The notes beneath the pieces are model-generated. The model was not told the DNA's origin. It searched no databases and saw only the letters and a list, made by a program, of their open reading frames with translations. A stretch of DNA of 56,167 nucleotides from Sedimentisphaerales bacterium (GTDB lineage Bacteria > Planctomycetota > Phycisphaerae > Sedimentisphaerales > SM23-30), in the NCBI GenBank assembly GCA_016930295.1, contig JAFGHE010000269.1:1-56167 (forward strand). Reading direction: 5' to 3'. This document shows, one piece after another, positions 19,476-28,670 of this stretch (the first letter of the stretch is position 1; each line of letters opens with the position of its first letter). The position numbers and the translations under genes are program-made.

Positions 19476-19978
19476 GTAATTTGTTGTTTTCCCGGCAATA
19501 TAAGCCCCTAATAGGCAAAAATTTATCGGATGTTAACTATGTCCATGTAAACGGATTAAATACTATTTTGCCCCGCATCTTATATAATATCCATAAGTTA
19601 ATGCAACAAAATTACTTGTAATTATCGATAGCTGTCTCTGTGTTCTAAATTACAATTTGAATCACAACGAATCGGTCTTTATCGGAAAATGTAAACCACA
19701 TTTAGGGTCGTCAGACCATGAAATCCTTAAAAGAAAAGCATGTTCGGATACGTTCCCATAATACAAACGATTTTAAGGGTGGATGCTGATGGTCAGGAGA
19801 AATAGTCGATATTGAATACAGGGCACTGCCCCTTTTTTACACAGTGCAAACAATTAAAAAAAATTATCTGAATTTCAAACACCGGGAGTTTTATAAAAAA
19901 CATTTACGATATTTTTTGTAATAATTCTGCCTGCTCAGGAAATATAATATAGAGAAATATACCTTATTTAGTAAAATT

Positions 19979-20512
19979 ATGGATCAAGAAAAGAATAAAG
20001 AACTGACCGTTTTTTGGGCACAATCGCAGCCGACGATTGCCTCCTTCATCCATTCTTTGGTACCCAATTTTCAGGATGCGGACGATATTCTGCAAAATGT
20101 AGCCATTATCACGGTCGAAAAATTTGAACAATTTGACAGAAATCTGTCATTTACTGCATGGGCCAATGGAATTGCCAGGAACCTGATCTTGAAATATTAT
20201 TCACAAAAAGGCAAAAAACTGGTTATTCTGGATGCAGAAACAATCAATAAAGTGGCTCAGGTTTATGAGCAGGAATCGCGCAGCATTCATGACCAGAAAG
20301 AGTCCATGCAAAAAGCGTTAAAAAAGTGCCTGATGCAACTCAAGAACAAATGGAAGAAGATTGTGGATATGCACTATATTGAGGAGTTCAGCCCTGTTCG
20401 AATTGCGCAACAGTTAAGTATGACTCGCAATAATGTTTTTGTCTCACTCCATCGTATCCGATTGGCTTTAAAAAAATGTGTAGAGCGTGAGCTTGATGAG
20501 GTTTATTCATGA
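19979..20512 (+). CDS. ECF RNA polymerase sigma factor (planctomycete/verrucomicrobial type)
   Basis: DADDILQNV...FTAWANGIARN (region 2); IAQQLSMTRNNVFVSLHRIRLALKKCV (region 4). Confidence 0.92.
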   Translation: MDQEKNKELTVFWAQSQPTIASFIHSLVPNFQDADDILQNVAIITVEKFEQFDRNLSFTAWANGIARNLILKYYSQKGKKLVILDAETINKVAQVYEQESRSIHDQKESMQKALKKCLMQLKNKWKKIVDMHYIEEFSPVRIAQQLSMTRNNVFVSLHRIRLALKKCVERELDEVYS

Positions 20513-22272
20513 CGGAACGATCTGAACATCTCATAAGTTTGTTTCTTCTGGATCCATCTGCGATGACCGAGGAGCAGGCCCGTGAGTTATCCAGCTGGAT
20601 CTCGCAAGACACCCGGAACACCAAAGAGTTTATTCGAGCCTCTCTTTTTCGCAGATGCATTCATGATATTCTGCTTAGTTCTGATGAAGGAAGGATCTGT
20701 ATTCTCCATGACAGCATGACTACTTCAGATGCGAATGCAGAGTCATTTTTTGACAAGCAGTTCTGGCATTTGCTTTTGCAGGAGGAGGCGACCGCCCCCA
20801 AAATTGAAATTGAAAGTCCTGCGATCCCTGAACACGAGCTTTTTCAAAAAATTGAGCCCATGCAACAAGTCAGACGTGAAAAAAAAGTACGCAGGATTAA
20901 TAAGAAGAGTTTATTTAAAGCCATCCTCTCTACGGCGGCCCTGATTTTTTTTGTTTTTTATTTTGCATCTTTATATAATACAAAAAATGTGGAGGTGGCA
21001 ACGCTGACAGACAGTCTAAATGCTCAGTGGGCGGAATCTTCTGCTCCCACCATCAATTCCCGTTTGATGACAAATCATACCCCCCTGATGTTGCGAAAAG
21101 GGTATGCGGAAATTGTTTTTGATAACAATTCGAAAGTCGTAGTAGAGGCGCCCGCGGAATTTCAAGTGCTTTCTTATGATGAGATAAAACTAACTTACGG
21201 CCGGCTTTATGTAACGGTTCCTCAGGAGGCAATGGGATTTATTGTCAGTACTCCCAATTCCAAGATCATTGATCTGGGGACGGAGTTTGGTGTCCAGACG
21301 GATATCAACGGATCCACAGAATTACATGTCGCCAAAGGAAAAACCGCACTGGTATCCGGAGCGGGAGATACTAAAAATAATATCTTGGTATATGCGGGCG
21401 CTGCTAAAAAAGTTGCCTACGATTCGTTAGAGTCGATTGACATCGCGTGTAACAATAGAATGTTTGCCCGTTATATTGATTCAAAAAGCCGTTTTGTCTG
21501 GCGGGGCCAGAATATCAGTCTGGCTGATATTGTCGGCGGGGGAAATGGCTTTGGTAGCGGAGTACTCAACCAGGGAATTGAGGTATCAACCGGCCGTGCG
21601 ACTTTCACACTGGCTACCACGGATATGCATGCCGGTCGCGGGGGGTATGTTAGAGTTCCGTCGAATCCCTATATTGATGGAATATTCGTTCCGGGACTTG
21701 GCTCGGATATGACGCAGATCAACTCGGTCGGATTACAGACGGGTGCATTTCCGAACACTTCCGGGATGATATGGGGATACATTATCAATGGAGCCTGGCA
21801 TCACGGTTTTGATGTTGAACGTCATAATTTACAGCTGGACGGTGTTACCTATGACGGTAAGCGAAATCCGGCCATTACGATGCATTCAAATCTGGCGATT
21901 ACTTTTGACTTACATGCGCTCCGGGAAAAATTGCCCGGGGTGAGCATTAAATCGTTTTCTTCGACATTTGGTGTTTCAAATACGGTAGAAAAATGGCTGA
22001 AGAATCGAGATTTCAGCGATATGGATCAAAGTCCGGAAGTAGTCAGGCTTGCCCGGGAGCACGAAGCCACGGCCGAGTTCTGGGTTTTCCTGGATGGAGA
22101 AAAGGTGCTGCAACAGAAGGTTTCCAGCGCATCGAAAGCCGGCATCGTTGATGTTCCTGTTGACGAGAGTGTCCGGTTTTTAACGTTGGCCGTAACCGAA
22201 GCGGATGATACCAGCATGTTTGACTGGGCATTATTTGGCCAACCGGAACTGATTCTGGAATCAAGCAATTAA
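20509..22272 (+). CDS. FecR-type anti-sigma factor with C-terminal NPCBM/NEW2-like domain
   Basis: ATGA overlap with the sigma gene; TM helix; LRKGYAEIVF...IIDLGTEFGV (FecR); MHSNLAITFDL...FLTLAVT...DWALFGQPEL. Confidence 0.85.
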   Translation: MTERSEHLISLFLLDPSAMTEEQARELSSWISQDTRNTKEFIRASLFRRCIHDILLSSDEGRICILHDSMTTSDANAESFFDKQFWHLLLQEEATAPKIEIESPAIPEHELFQKIEPMQQVRREKKVRRINKKSLFKAILSTAALIFFVFYFASLYNTKNVEVATLTDSLNAQWAESSAPTINSRLMTNHTPLMLRKGYAEIVFDNNSKVVVEAPAEFQVLSYDEIKLTYGRLYVTVPQEAMGFIVSTPNSKIIDLGTEFGVQTDINGSTELHVAKGKTALVSGAGDTKNNILVYAGAAKKVAYDSLESIDIACNNRMFARYIDSKSRFVWRGQNISLADIVGGGNGFGSGVLNQGIEVSTGRATFTLATTDMHAGRGGYVRVPSNPYIDGIFVPGLGSDMTQINSVGLQTGAFPNTSGMIWGYIINGAWHHGFDVERHNLQLDGVTYDGKRNPAITMHSNLAITFDLHALREKLPGVSIKSFSSTFGVSNTVEKWLKNRDFSDMDQSPEVVRLAREHEATAEFWVFLDGEKVLQQKVSSASKAGIVDVPVDESVRFLTLAVTEADDTSMFDWALFGQPELILESSN

Positions 22273-22373
22273 AGGCCGGTTACAGATACATAGAACACTC
22301 TGTAAGGGCCGTTAGGCGTTGAGAAGATGGAGAATTGTAAGGAAGAGAAAGGTATTTTTGAAAGGGTATTATT

Positions 22374-24515
22374 ATGAAAAATGTAGTTTCAGGTTTGGTA
22401 ATTATGGCTGTAATTTTTATGACAAGTCAGGCACTGGCTCTGACACTTGTACTGGACGGTAACCTGACGGAATGGGTTGGAGACGAGGTTAATAATCTGG
22501 GAACCGAACCCGCACCGGATGGGGGGTCTTACACGTTGCTGGCGACGTGGGACGGCACGGATGTGTACCTGGCTATTGATCGTGATTCGTCGAATCGTTA
22601 TCTGGGAGATACGGGGTGGGATAACGATTCGTTTTTCATCGCGTTTGACACGGACGGGATTGCCGACAGCGGTGCAGACTGGGATGGTTATAGTCGGATG
22701 AATTTTGCCGGCCCAATGAAGCCCGACGTGATATATTATTACGCCGGCGGTCCCAGTTGGTATGAACGGAGTGTCTGGAACGGTGGGACTTGGGACTGGC
22801 AGGGATGGACCGATGCCGATAGTTATTATGGATATTCAGAGACACATCCTGACGATGAGCTTGTTCCGGATCTGCTGACCCAGGCTCCCGGGCTTTCCGG
22901 CGCCAGTGAACTGATGGTATGGGCGTGGATGACCCGCGAAGGCAATGGTTTTGCGGAATGTACCTGGCCTCGATGGGCCAGTGGCTTTTATACCCAGGTG
23001 TTTGGCGATCCTGTCAAAATTCGGGATCTGGTAACGCGATTGTATATGCCGCACGATCAGAGTCCTGGTCTTTACGAAAGAGAGATTGATGGTGATGCTC
23101 CCATCACTGTTTCCTGGCAGGTGGCCCAGGATCCGTGTGGTGTGGTTGATCCGCAACTGGACAGCTACAAAATTTATCTAAGCGGCCCCTATGCGGACGA
23201 GCCGAATTACCTCGATCCCGAACCGAATGTATATTATCAGGATACGGTTTCAAGTTGGACGGCGGGCGAGGCGTCCCTGTTGCTTGGTTCTGCCCTGGCC
23301 AAGGATTCCCTGTATTTTTGGCGGGTGGATACGGTTCTGGATAACGAAACGGAAATTGAAGGGGATCTATGGTCTTTCTATACGGAGATAACGGTTCCTG
23401 CTATTAACTCTATTACACCTTACCAGATTCTTGATCCCTGCGCGACAGCCCAGTTTACCGTGGATGTGACTTCCGTGTCAACTCCTTCGTATCAGTGGTA
23501 TAAGTATGTTGACGGGGTCAGTGACATTGAACTGGCTGATGCGGGAGATATATCCGGTACTGATACGGCTACGCTATCAATTGCCAATGTGGAAACGGCT
23601 GATGAAGGTTACTACTATTGCGAAGTCAACAATGATTCCGGAGTTCCGGCCACGTCGGCATTGGCTCCGCTGGCGATCAAAGCCAGAATTGCGTACTGGG
23701 ATTTTGAATCGGGCAATGCCAACAGTACGGTTCCCGGCAGTCCTGTTTCCAAGCTCGTGGGAGATCCGGCCTTTGTAGCCGCCGCCGGTGTGGCGGGCGA
23801 TGCCATGGCTTTTGATGCGGATACGGGTGCTCAAGATATGCTTTATATTGATCCTAATTTCGTAGATTACTTTGATATCTGCAATTACGAGATGACGGTG
23901 GCCTGCTGGATCAAGTCCACGAACGAGGAAGTCTGGGTTCCCATGGTGGCTCGTAACGGTGATGATAATCAGGGATGGCAATTGCGGCAAAGCGGCTTTA
24001 CCGACGATCGGCCCTGCTTTACCACACGCGGGACGGGTAATCCGGACGGCACCCCTGCCAACCGAACCGTCTATGACGGCAACTGGCACTATGTTGTAGG
24101 TACCTATGACGGTATGGGCGGTATCAAGAAGGTATATATCGATGGTCAGGTGAGTTGGCTTTACTCTGAGGACGACGGCAGTCCCGTAAGTGACGGCGAT
24201 GCGGTGAGCGTACCGATGAATGCCTCGCTTTCCCCGGTAGCCATTGCCGGGCGGGTACGAGGCGAGCCGGGCGCGCTGATCATCGATACGGAGAGCGTGT
24301 GTGCCGGAACGTATGATGAAGTAGAGATTTATAACTATGCCCTGGACGCGGCCACCATAGCACAAACGTACGCAGACATGACGGATACGACCGTCTGTCC
24401 TGATCCGACTGTTCCAGTGTATGATCTGGATGGTAATTGCATCGTGGATCTTGGTGATTTTGTCAAAATTGCAATGGAGTGGCTGGATGACACCAATGTT
24501 CAACCCACTCCTTAG
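22374..24515 (+). CDS. Secreted CBM9/DOMON-like + Ig + LamG protein with single dockerin-like repeat
   Basis: Signal peptide; LDGNLTEW...ATWDGTDVYLAI; YQWYK...DEGYYYCEV (Ig); IAYWDFE...WHYVVGTYDG...DEVEIYNYAL; DLDGNCIVDLGDFVKIAMEWL. Confidence 0.78.
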   Translation: MKNVVSGLVIMAVIFMTSQALALTLVLDGNLTEWVGDEVNNLGTEPAPDGGSYTLLATWDGTDVYLAIDRDSSNRYLGDTGWDNDSFFIAFDTDGIADSGADWDGYSRMNFAGPMKPDVIYYYAGGPSWYERSVWNGGTWDWQGWTDADSYYGYSETHPDDELVPDLLTQAPGLSGASELMVWAWMTREGNGFAECTWPRWASGFYTQVFGDPVKIRDLVTRLYMPHDQSPGLYEREIDGDAPITVSWQVAQDPCGVVDPQLDSYKIYLSGPYADEPNYLDPEPNVYYQDTVSSWTAGEASLLLGSALAKDSLYFWRVDTVLDNETEIEGDLWSFYTEITVPAINSITPYQILDPCATAQFTVDVTSVSTPSYQWYKYVDGVSDIELADAGDISGTDTATLSIANVETADEGYYYCEVNNDSGVPATSALAPLAIKARIAYWDFESGNANSTVPGSPVSKLVGDPAFVAAAGVAGDAMAFDADTGAQDMLYIDPNFVDYFDICNYEMTVACWIKSTNEEVWVPMVARNGDDNQGWQLRQSGFTDDRPCFTTRGTGNPDGTPANRTVYDGNWHYVVGTYDGMGGIKKVYIDGQVSWLYSEDDGSPVSDGDAVSVPMNASLSPVAIAGRVRGEPGALIIDTESVCAGTYDEVEIYNYALDAATIAQTYADMTDTTVCPDPTVPVYDLDGNCIVDLGDFVKIAMEWLDDTNVQPTP

Positions 24516-24542
24516 AAATAGTATAGATTGTGAATTATCTAA

Positions 24543-24585
24543 AAGGGTCTCCCTGCTGCTATCCGGCGGGGAGAACCCTTGTTTT
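24543..24585 (+). terminator. Probable terminator hairpin
   Basis: AAGGGTCTCCCTGCTG / CGGCGGGGAGAACCCTT followed by GTTTT. Confidence 0.55.
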
Positions 24586-24718
24586 CCGTATGAGTAAAAA
24601 ATACTTTTTAGAGAGATGTGAAGTGAGTGTGGTATTTTAAAAAGTGTCTCTCGTAGGTATTAACTTTGACATAGTAATTACAAAGAAAAGAAACCAATTT
24701 ATTGGGAGGACAAGGAAA

Positions 24719-25414
24719 ATGAAAAAAATATTTGTAATTTTTTTGATGTGTGTGATAGGGACAGCTGTTCAGGCTGATCTTGTGTCGCAACCGTACATCA
24801 CGGGCGATTTCAACGGCTGGGATCCCGCAGCCAATTCGATGGTAGATTTGGGAGGCGGTTTGTGGGAGTATACGATCTCCGGACTTAGCCCGGGACAATA
24901 CCAGCAGTTCAAAATTACGCCGGGAGACTGGTCGGTGTCTGCTCCGGCGGCGAACAGTTGGTACAGTGCCGATGCCACGGGTGAAGTCACCGTCACGTTT
25001 AACACAAACGTCGAGTCAGATGGCTGGTTACCGGAGCAGTTCCGTGTGGGCGTAAGCACCGAACCGGGCACCTGGTCGCTTGTCGGTGACTACAACGGTT
25101 GGTGGAATGAAGACCCGTCACAATTGATGACACCGCTGGGCGACGGGGTTTATGAGATTACCCAGACATTCGCGGCCGGTAACTATCTCCTGAAGCCGAC
25201 TCAAACAGGCACCTGGGATGCGATTGGCACAGATGGGCGATCTATTGATGCGTGGAACTATTATCTCGAACTTGTTTCGGAATCCGAAGTGAGTGTGTAT
25301 GTCGATGCTTATGCCGGTACGATGAAAGTTGATGTCATTCCGGAACCGGCCTCGATGGTTTTACTGGGACTGGGTTCCATGTTAGTCGTTCGACGAAAAA
25401 AGCAGGCCCGCTGA
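24719..25414 (+). CDS. PEP-CTERM protein with two tandem starch-binding-like (X25/SusE-like) modules
   Basis: Signal peptide; repeats YITGDFNGWDP...MVDLGGGLWEYT and SLVGDYNGW...MTPLGDGVYEIT; ends IPEPASMVLLGLGSMLVVRRKK. Confidence 0.82.
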   Translation: MKKIFVIFLMCVIGTAVQADLVSQPYITGDFNGWDPAANSMVDLGGGLWEYTISGLSPGQYQQFKITPGDWSVSAPAANSWYSADATGEVTVTFNTNVESDGWLPEQFRVGVSTEPGTWSLVGDYNGWWNEDPSQLMTPLGDGVYEITQTFAAGNYLLKPTQTGTWDAIGTDGRSIDAWNYYLELVSESEVSVYVDAYAGTMKVDVIPEPASMVLLGLGSMLVVRRKKQAR

Positions 25415-25430
25415 TTTGTCGGGTGTTAAG

Positions 25431-25472
25431 AACAACGGCTCCTGCCGGTTTAATGCCGGCAGGAGATTGTTT
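25431..25472 (+). terminator. Probable terminator hairpin
   Basis: Perfect 10-bp stem CTCCTGCCGG / CCGGCAGGAG followed by ATTGTTT. Confidence 0.55.
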
Positions 25473-25552
25473 GTGCGTTTTTATTTACAGTTTTAATGAA
25501 GTTAGTCAGGGGGCTGGTAGTAAACCTGATCCGGGGGTGCAACACTCTATTT

Positions 25553-28500
25553 ATGGAGAAAGAATTCAGAGTGCTTAAACGTTTTGCCTGTATTATTATT
25601 TTTCGGTTGTTGATTTCGTCTGGCTTTGGAGAGGTTTTATTTGAAAAAGACTTTTCGGAATCGATATCTGACGATCCCGCAAAGGCCGGGATACTCAGCG
25701 ACAGTCTTGATTTCAAGTTTCATCAGGAAACCGGCGACCGTCTTTGGATTAAAGATTATGATGCCGGTGTCGTTTATCCGCTCGATCCGGCAGTCATCAA
25801 CCCTGCGGTTCATCCTACATTGTATTTAAGTTTTACCCTTCACAGTCTCAATACCACGACACAAAATAAATTTGCAGGGGTGGTCCTGTATCAGGATGGT
25901 CAGGAGGTATTTGGTTTGGGCAATGATTGGGTGTCGGAAAATTTCAGTTTCTGGAGTTTCGGCGGGAACAGCATGGTGATCGGCGACGTTCCGACGCCGG
26001 TGGATGCGGATGTGCACAAAGTCGTGATGCGGATCGATTATGATCCTGACGGTCCGGAAGAGATCAGGGTCGGGCTCGATCCTTTTTGCCGGCGCAGCGA
26101 AGCCCGCCAGCCGGATCACATCTGGACCACCTATGAACATGAACTGAGTTTTGATGAAATCCGGATCCGATGTGGAAATAATGACTGTGCCTGGGAATTT
26201 GACGACCTGCGTATCGGTACGGATTGGGCGTCGGTGACCCCCTCCAATGACGAGCCCGGTGCTTATATCGAAACTATCACGGCAAATCCGCTTCCGCCGG
26301 GGGACGCCGAAATGATTCATGACGGGGTAGCTCGTTTTTGGCCTTCCGGGGTCGATGGTTCAGAGGTACTGCCATCCTTTGCCCTGGAAAGCCCGCGTTC
26401 GTCGATTGGTCCGGTATCTCCTTCATGGGAATTAACACCGCAATTCGGAACCTTTGATAACAGAAAGTATGCTTATTTTGATATCCCTGCTGAAGTTGAT
26501 CTGTATGGTACGGGAGAGGTTACCGGGAGTCTGCTGCGAAATGGATACCAGATAGTACTGTTCAATAAAGACAATTATGGCTATGGCAAGCCGGATCAGC
26601 TTTATCAGTCGCATCCGTGGGTTTTAGGGCTTCGACAGAACGGCACGGCCTTTGGCGTTATTTTTGATACGCCCTGGCAGGCTCAGTTAAGTCTGCGTTC
26701 GGGCATTCTGTTTACCATTCCCGAAGAAGCCCCGTCTTTTCCGGTCATGGTGATCGAAGGACAGAATCCTCAGGACGTGATGGTCAAACTGGCAGAGTTA
26801 ACCGGGAAGATGCCCATGCCGCCCCGGTGGGCGCTGGGATATCACCAGTGCCGTTATTCCTATAATCCGGATGCACGTGTACGGCAGATTGCCGATACGT
26901 TCCGGGCCAAACAAATTCCCTGTGATGTGATCTGGCTTGATATTGATTATATGAACGGCTTTCGCATTTTTACGTTTGATCCCACACAGTTTCCCGATCC
27001 GCAGGACACCAATGACTACCTGCATTCACTGGGCTTCAAAAGTGTCTGGATGATCGATCCGGGCGTCAAATATGAATCCGGTTATTTTGTCTATGACAGC
27101 GGCACCCAGGCGGATGTCTGGGTAAAAGATGCTTTGGGTAATACCTTCATCGGGCCGGTCTGGCCGGGGGATTGTGTGTTTCCCGATTTTACCATTCCGG
27201 CAGTGCGCAGTTGGTGGAGCGGTCTTTATGGGAATTTTATGTCCCAGGGAGTTGACGGTATCTGGAATGATATGAATGAGCCTGCTGTCTTCGAACAGAC
27301 ATCCGGTTGGACGATGCCGCTGGATAACCATCATCGTGGTGGCGGAGATCTGCCGGCCGGTCCTCATAGGCAATATCATAATATTTACGGGATGCAGATG
27401 GTCAGGGCTTCGCGCGCGGGAATTAAAAACGCAAATCCACTAAAACGTCCCTTTGTTTTATCACGGGCGAATTTTCTGGGCGGCCATCGTTATGCGGCGA
27501 CCTGGACCGGTGATAACATAGCCAGTTGGGATCACTTGAAGTGGTCGATTCCGATGAGCCTGAATCTGAGCCTTTCCGGCCAGCCGTTTAACGGACCGGA
27601 TATTGGCGGTTTTATCGGTAATGCCGCCCCGGAGTTGTGGGCCCACTGGATTTCAGTAGGGGCCTTTTACCCCTTCAGCCGGGCTCATACATCCAAAGAT
27701 ACGGCCAATCAGGAACCGTGGGAATTTGGCGCAGAGACGGAAAACGCCGCCCGAATTGCTTTGCAGCGACGTTATCGTTTGATGCCTTACCTTTACACAG
27801 CCTTCCGGCAATCACACGAACAAGGCCTGCCGGTTATGCGACCGGTGCTGTTCGCCGATCCGACGGATATTTCCTTACGCATGGAAGACCAGGCGTTTTT
27901 GATCGGAGAGGATGTGATGGTTGTTCCAAAATGGGCAACAGATACCCACTTGCCGCAGGGGATCTGGCGAAGTGTTTCGATTGTGGGTGAAGATGCTCAG
28001 ACAGATCAATATCAATGCGATGTAAAGGTCCGCGGCGGGGCCATTATTCCACTAGGGCCGATTGTACAGACGACCCAGGAAATTACAACTCATCCAACGT
28101 TAACACTGATAGTGGTTTTGGATAATCAAGGACATGCTGAGGGGACTCTTTATGAAGATGCGGGAGAGGGGTATGACTATCTTCAGGGTGAATTCTGTTT
28201 GTCAACCTTTAACGCACAAAAAGAGGGCGACCGTGTTGTGGTCAAATGTACTCAACAGGAAGGAGATTTGATATCGCCGGATCGGCTGGCCACTGTAGCG
28301 GTCATCGATGATGGCGGGATTCATTACGGATTTGGTGATATTTGCAGCAGCGGCGGTGTTAGCGTAATGTTGGCCCTGTCCGCCGGCTGGACAAATCAGG
28401 ACGTCGGTGCGGTCAGTGCAGCGGGCAGTTCTTCGGGAAGCGGGAGTATCTTTACCGTCACGGGTTCCGGTGCTGACATCGAGGATTCAGCGGATGAATT

Positions 28501-28666
28501 CCAGTTTGCCTATAGACAGATCACGGGTAATTGTGAAATCACCGCTCGTGTTGTCAGTCAGCAGAATACAAACGATTGGGCCAAAGCGGGTGTCATGATC
28601 CGCGAAACACTCGCCGCGGGTTCCCGGCATGCGATGACCAAGGATAGTGTTAGAAAAGACAGGTGA
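25553..28666 (+). CDS. GH31 alpha-glucosidase, secreted; C-terminal accessory domain appears truncated
   Basis: LYQSHPW, PPRWALGYHQCRYSY, IWLDIDYM, GIWNDMNEP (nucleophile), WTGDN (acid/base), TLYEDAG. The last module (WAKAGVMIRETLAAGSRHAM) breaks off. Confidence 0.88.
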   Translation: MEKEFRVLKRFACIIIFRLLISSGFGEVLFEKDFSESISDDPAKAGILSDSLDFKFHQETGDRLWIKDYDAGVVYPLDPAVINPAVHPTLYLSFTLHSLNTTTQNKFAGVVLYQDGQEVFGLGNDWVSENFSFWSFGGNSMVIGDVPTPVDADVHKVVMRIDYDPDGPEEIRVGLDPFCRRSEARQPDHIWTTYEHELSFDEIRIRCGNNDCAWEFDDLRIGTDWASVTPSNDEPGAYIETITANPLPPGDAEMIHDGVARFWPSGVDGSEVLPSFALESPRSSIGPVSPSWELTPQFGTFDNRKYAYFDIPAEVDLYGTGEVTGSLLRNGYQIVLFNKDNYGYGKPDQLYQSHPWVLGLRQNGTAFGVIFDTPWQAQLSLRSGILFTIPEEAPSFPVMVIEGQNPQDVMVKLAELTGKMPMPPRWALGYHQCRYSYNPDARVRQIADTFRAKQIPCDVIWLDIDYMNGFRIFTFDPTQFPDPQDTNDYLHSLGFKSVWMIDPGVKYESGYFVYDSGTQADVWVKDALGNTFIGPVWPGDCVFPDFTIPAVRSWWSGLYGNFMSQGVDGIWNDMNEPAVFEQTSGWTMPLDNHHRGGGDLPAGPHRQYHNIYGMQMVRASRAGIKNANPLKRPFVLSRANFLGGHRYAATWTGDNIASWDHLKWSIPMSLNLSLSGQPFNGPDIGGFIGNAAPELWAHWISVGAFYPFSRAHTSKDTANQEPWEFGAETENAARIALQRRYRLMPYLYTAFRQSHEQGLPVMRPVLFADPTDISLRMEDQAFLIGEDVMVVPKWATDTHLPQGIWRSVSIVGEDAQTDQYQCDVKVRGGAIIPLGPIVQTTQEITTHPTLTLIVVLDNQGHAEGTLYEDAGEGYDYLQGEFCLSTFNAQKEGDRVVVKCTQQEGDLISPDRLATVAVIDDGGIHYGFGDICSSGGVSVMLALSAGWTNQDVGAVSAAGSSSGSGSIFTVTGSGADIEDSADEFQFAYRQITGNCEITARVVSQQNTNDWAKAGVMIRETLAAGSRHAMTKDSVRKDR

Positions 28667-28670
28667 TACG

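Noticed and set aside
19712-19797. Long imperfect inverted repeat (GACCAT..CCTTAAAA / TTTTAAGG..ATGGTC) between lacI and the ECF sigma gene
   Set aside because: Stems are short and interrupted and match no RNA family I recognise; covariation data would be needed.
23577-24503. Long antisense ORFs (also 28866-29951, 1661-2455, 52517-53152)
   Set aside because: They are shadow frames opposite well-supported genes and show no recognisable motifs.
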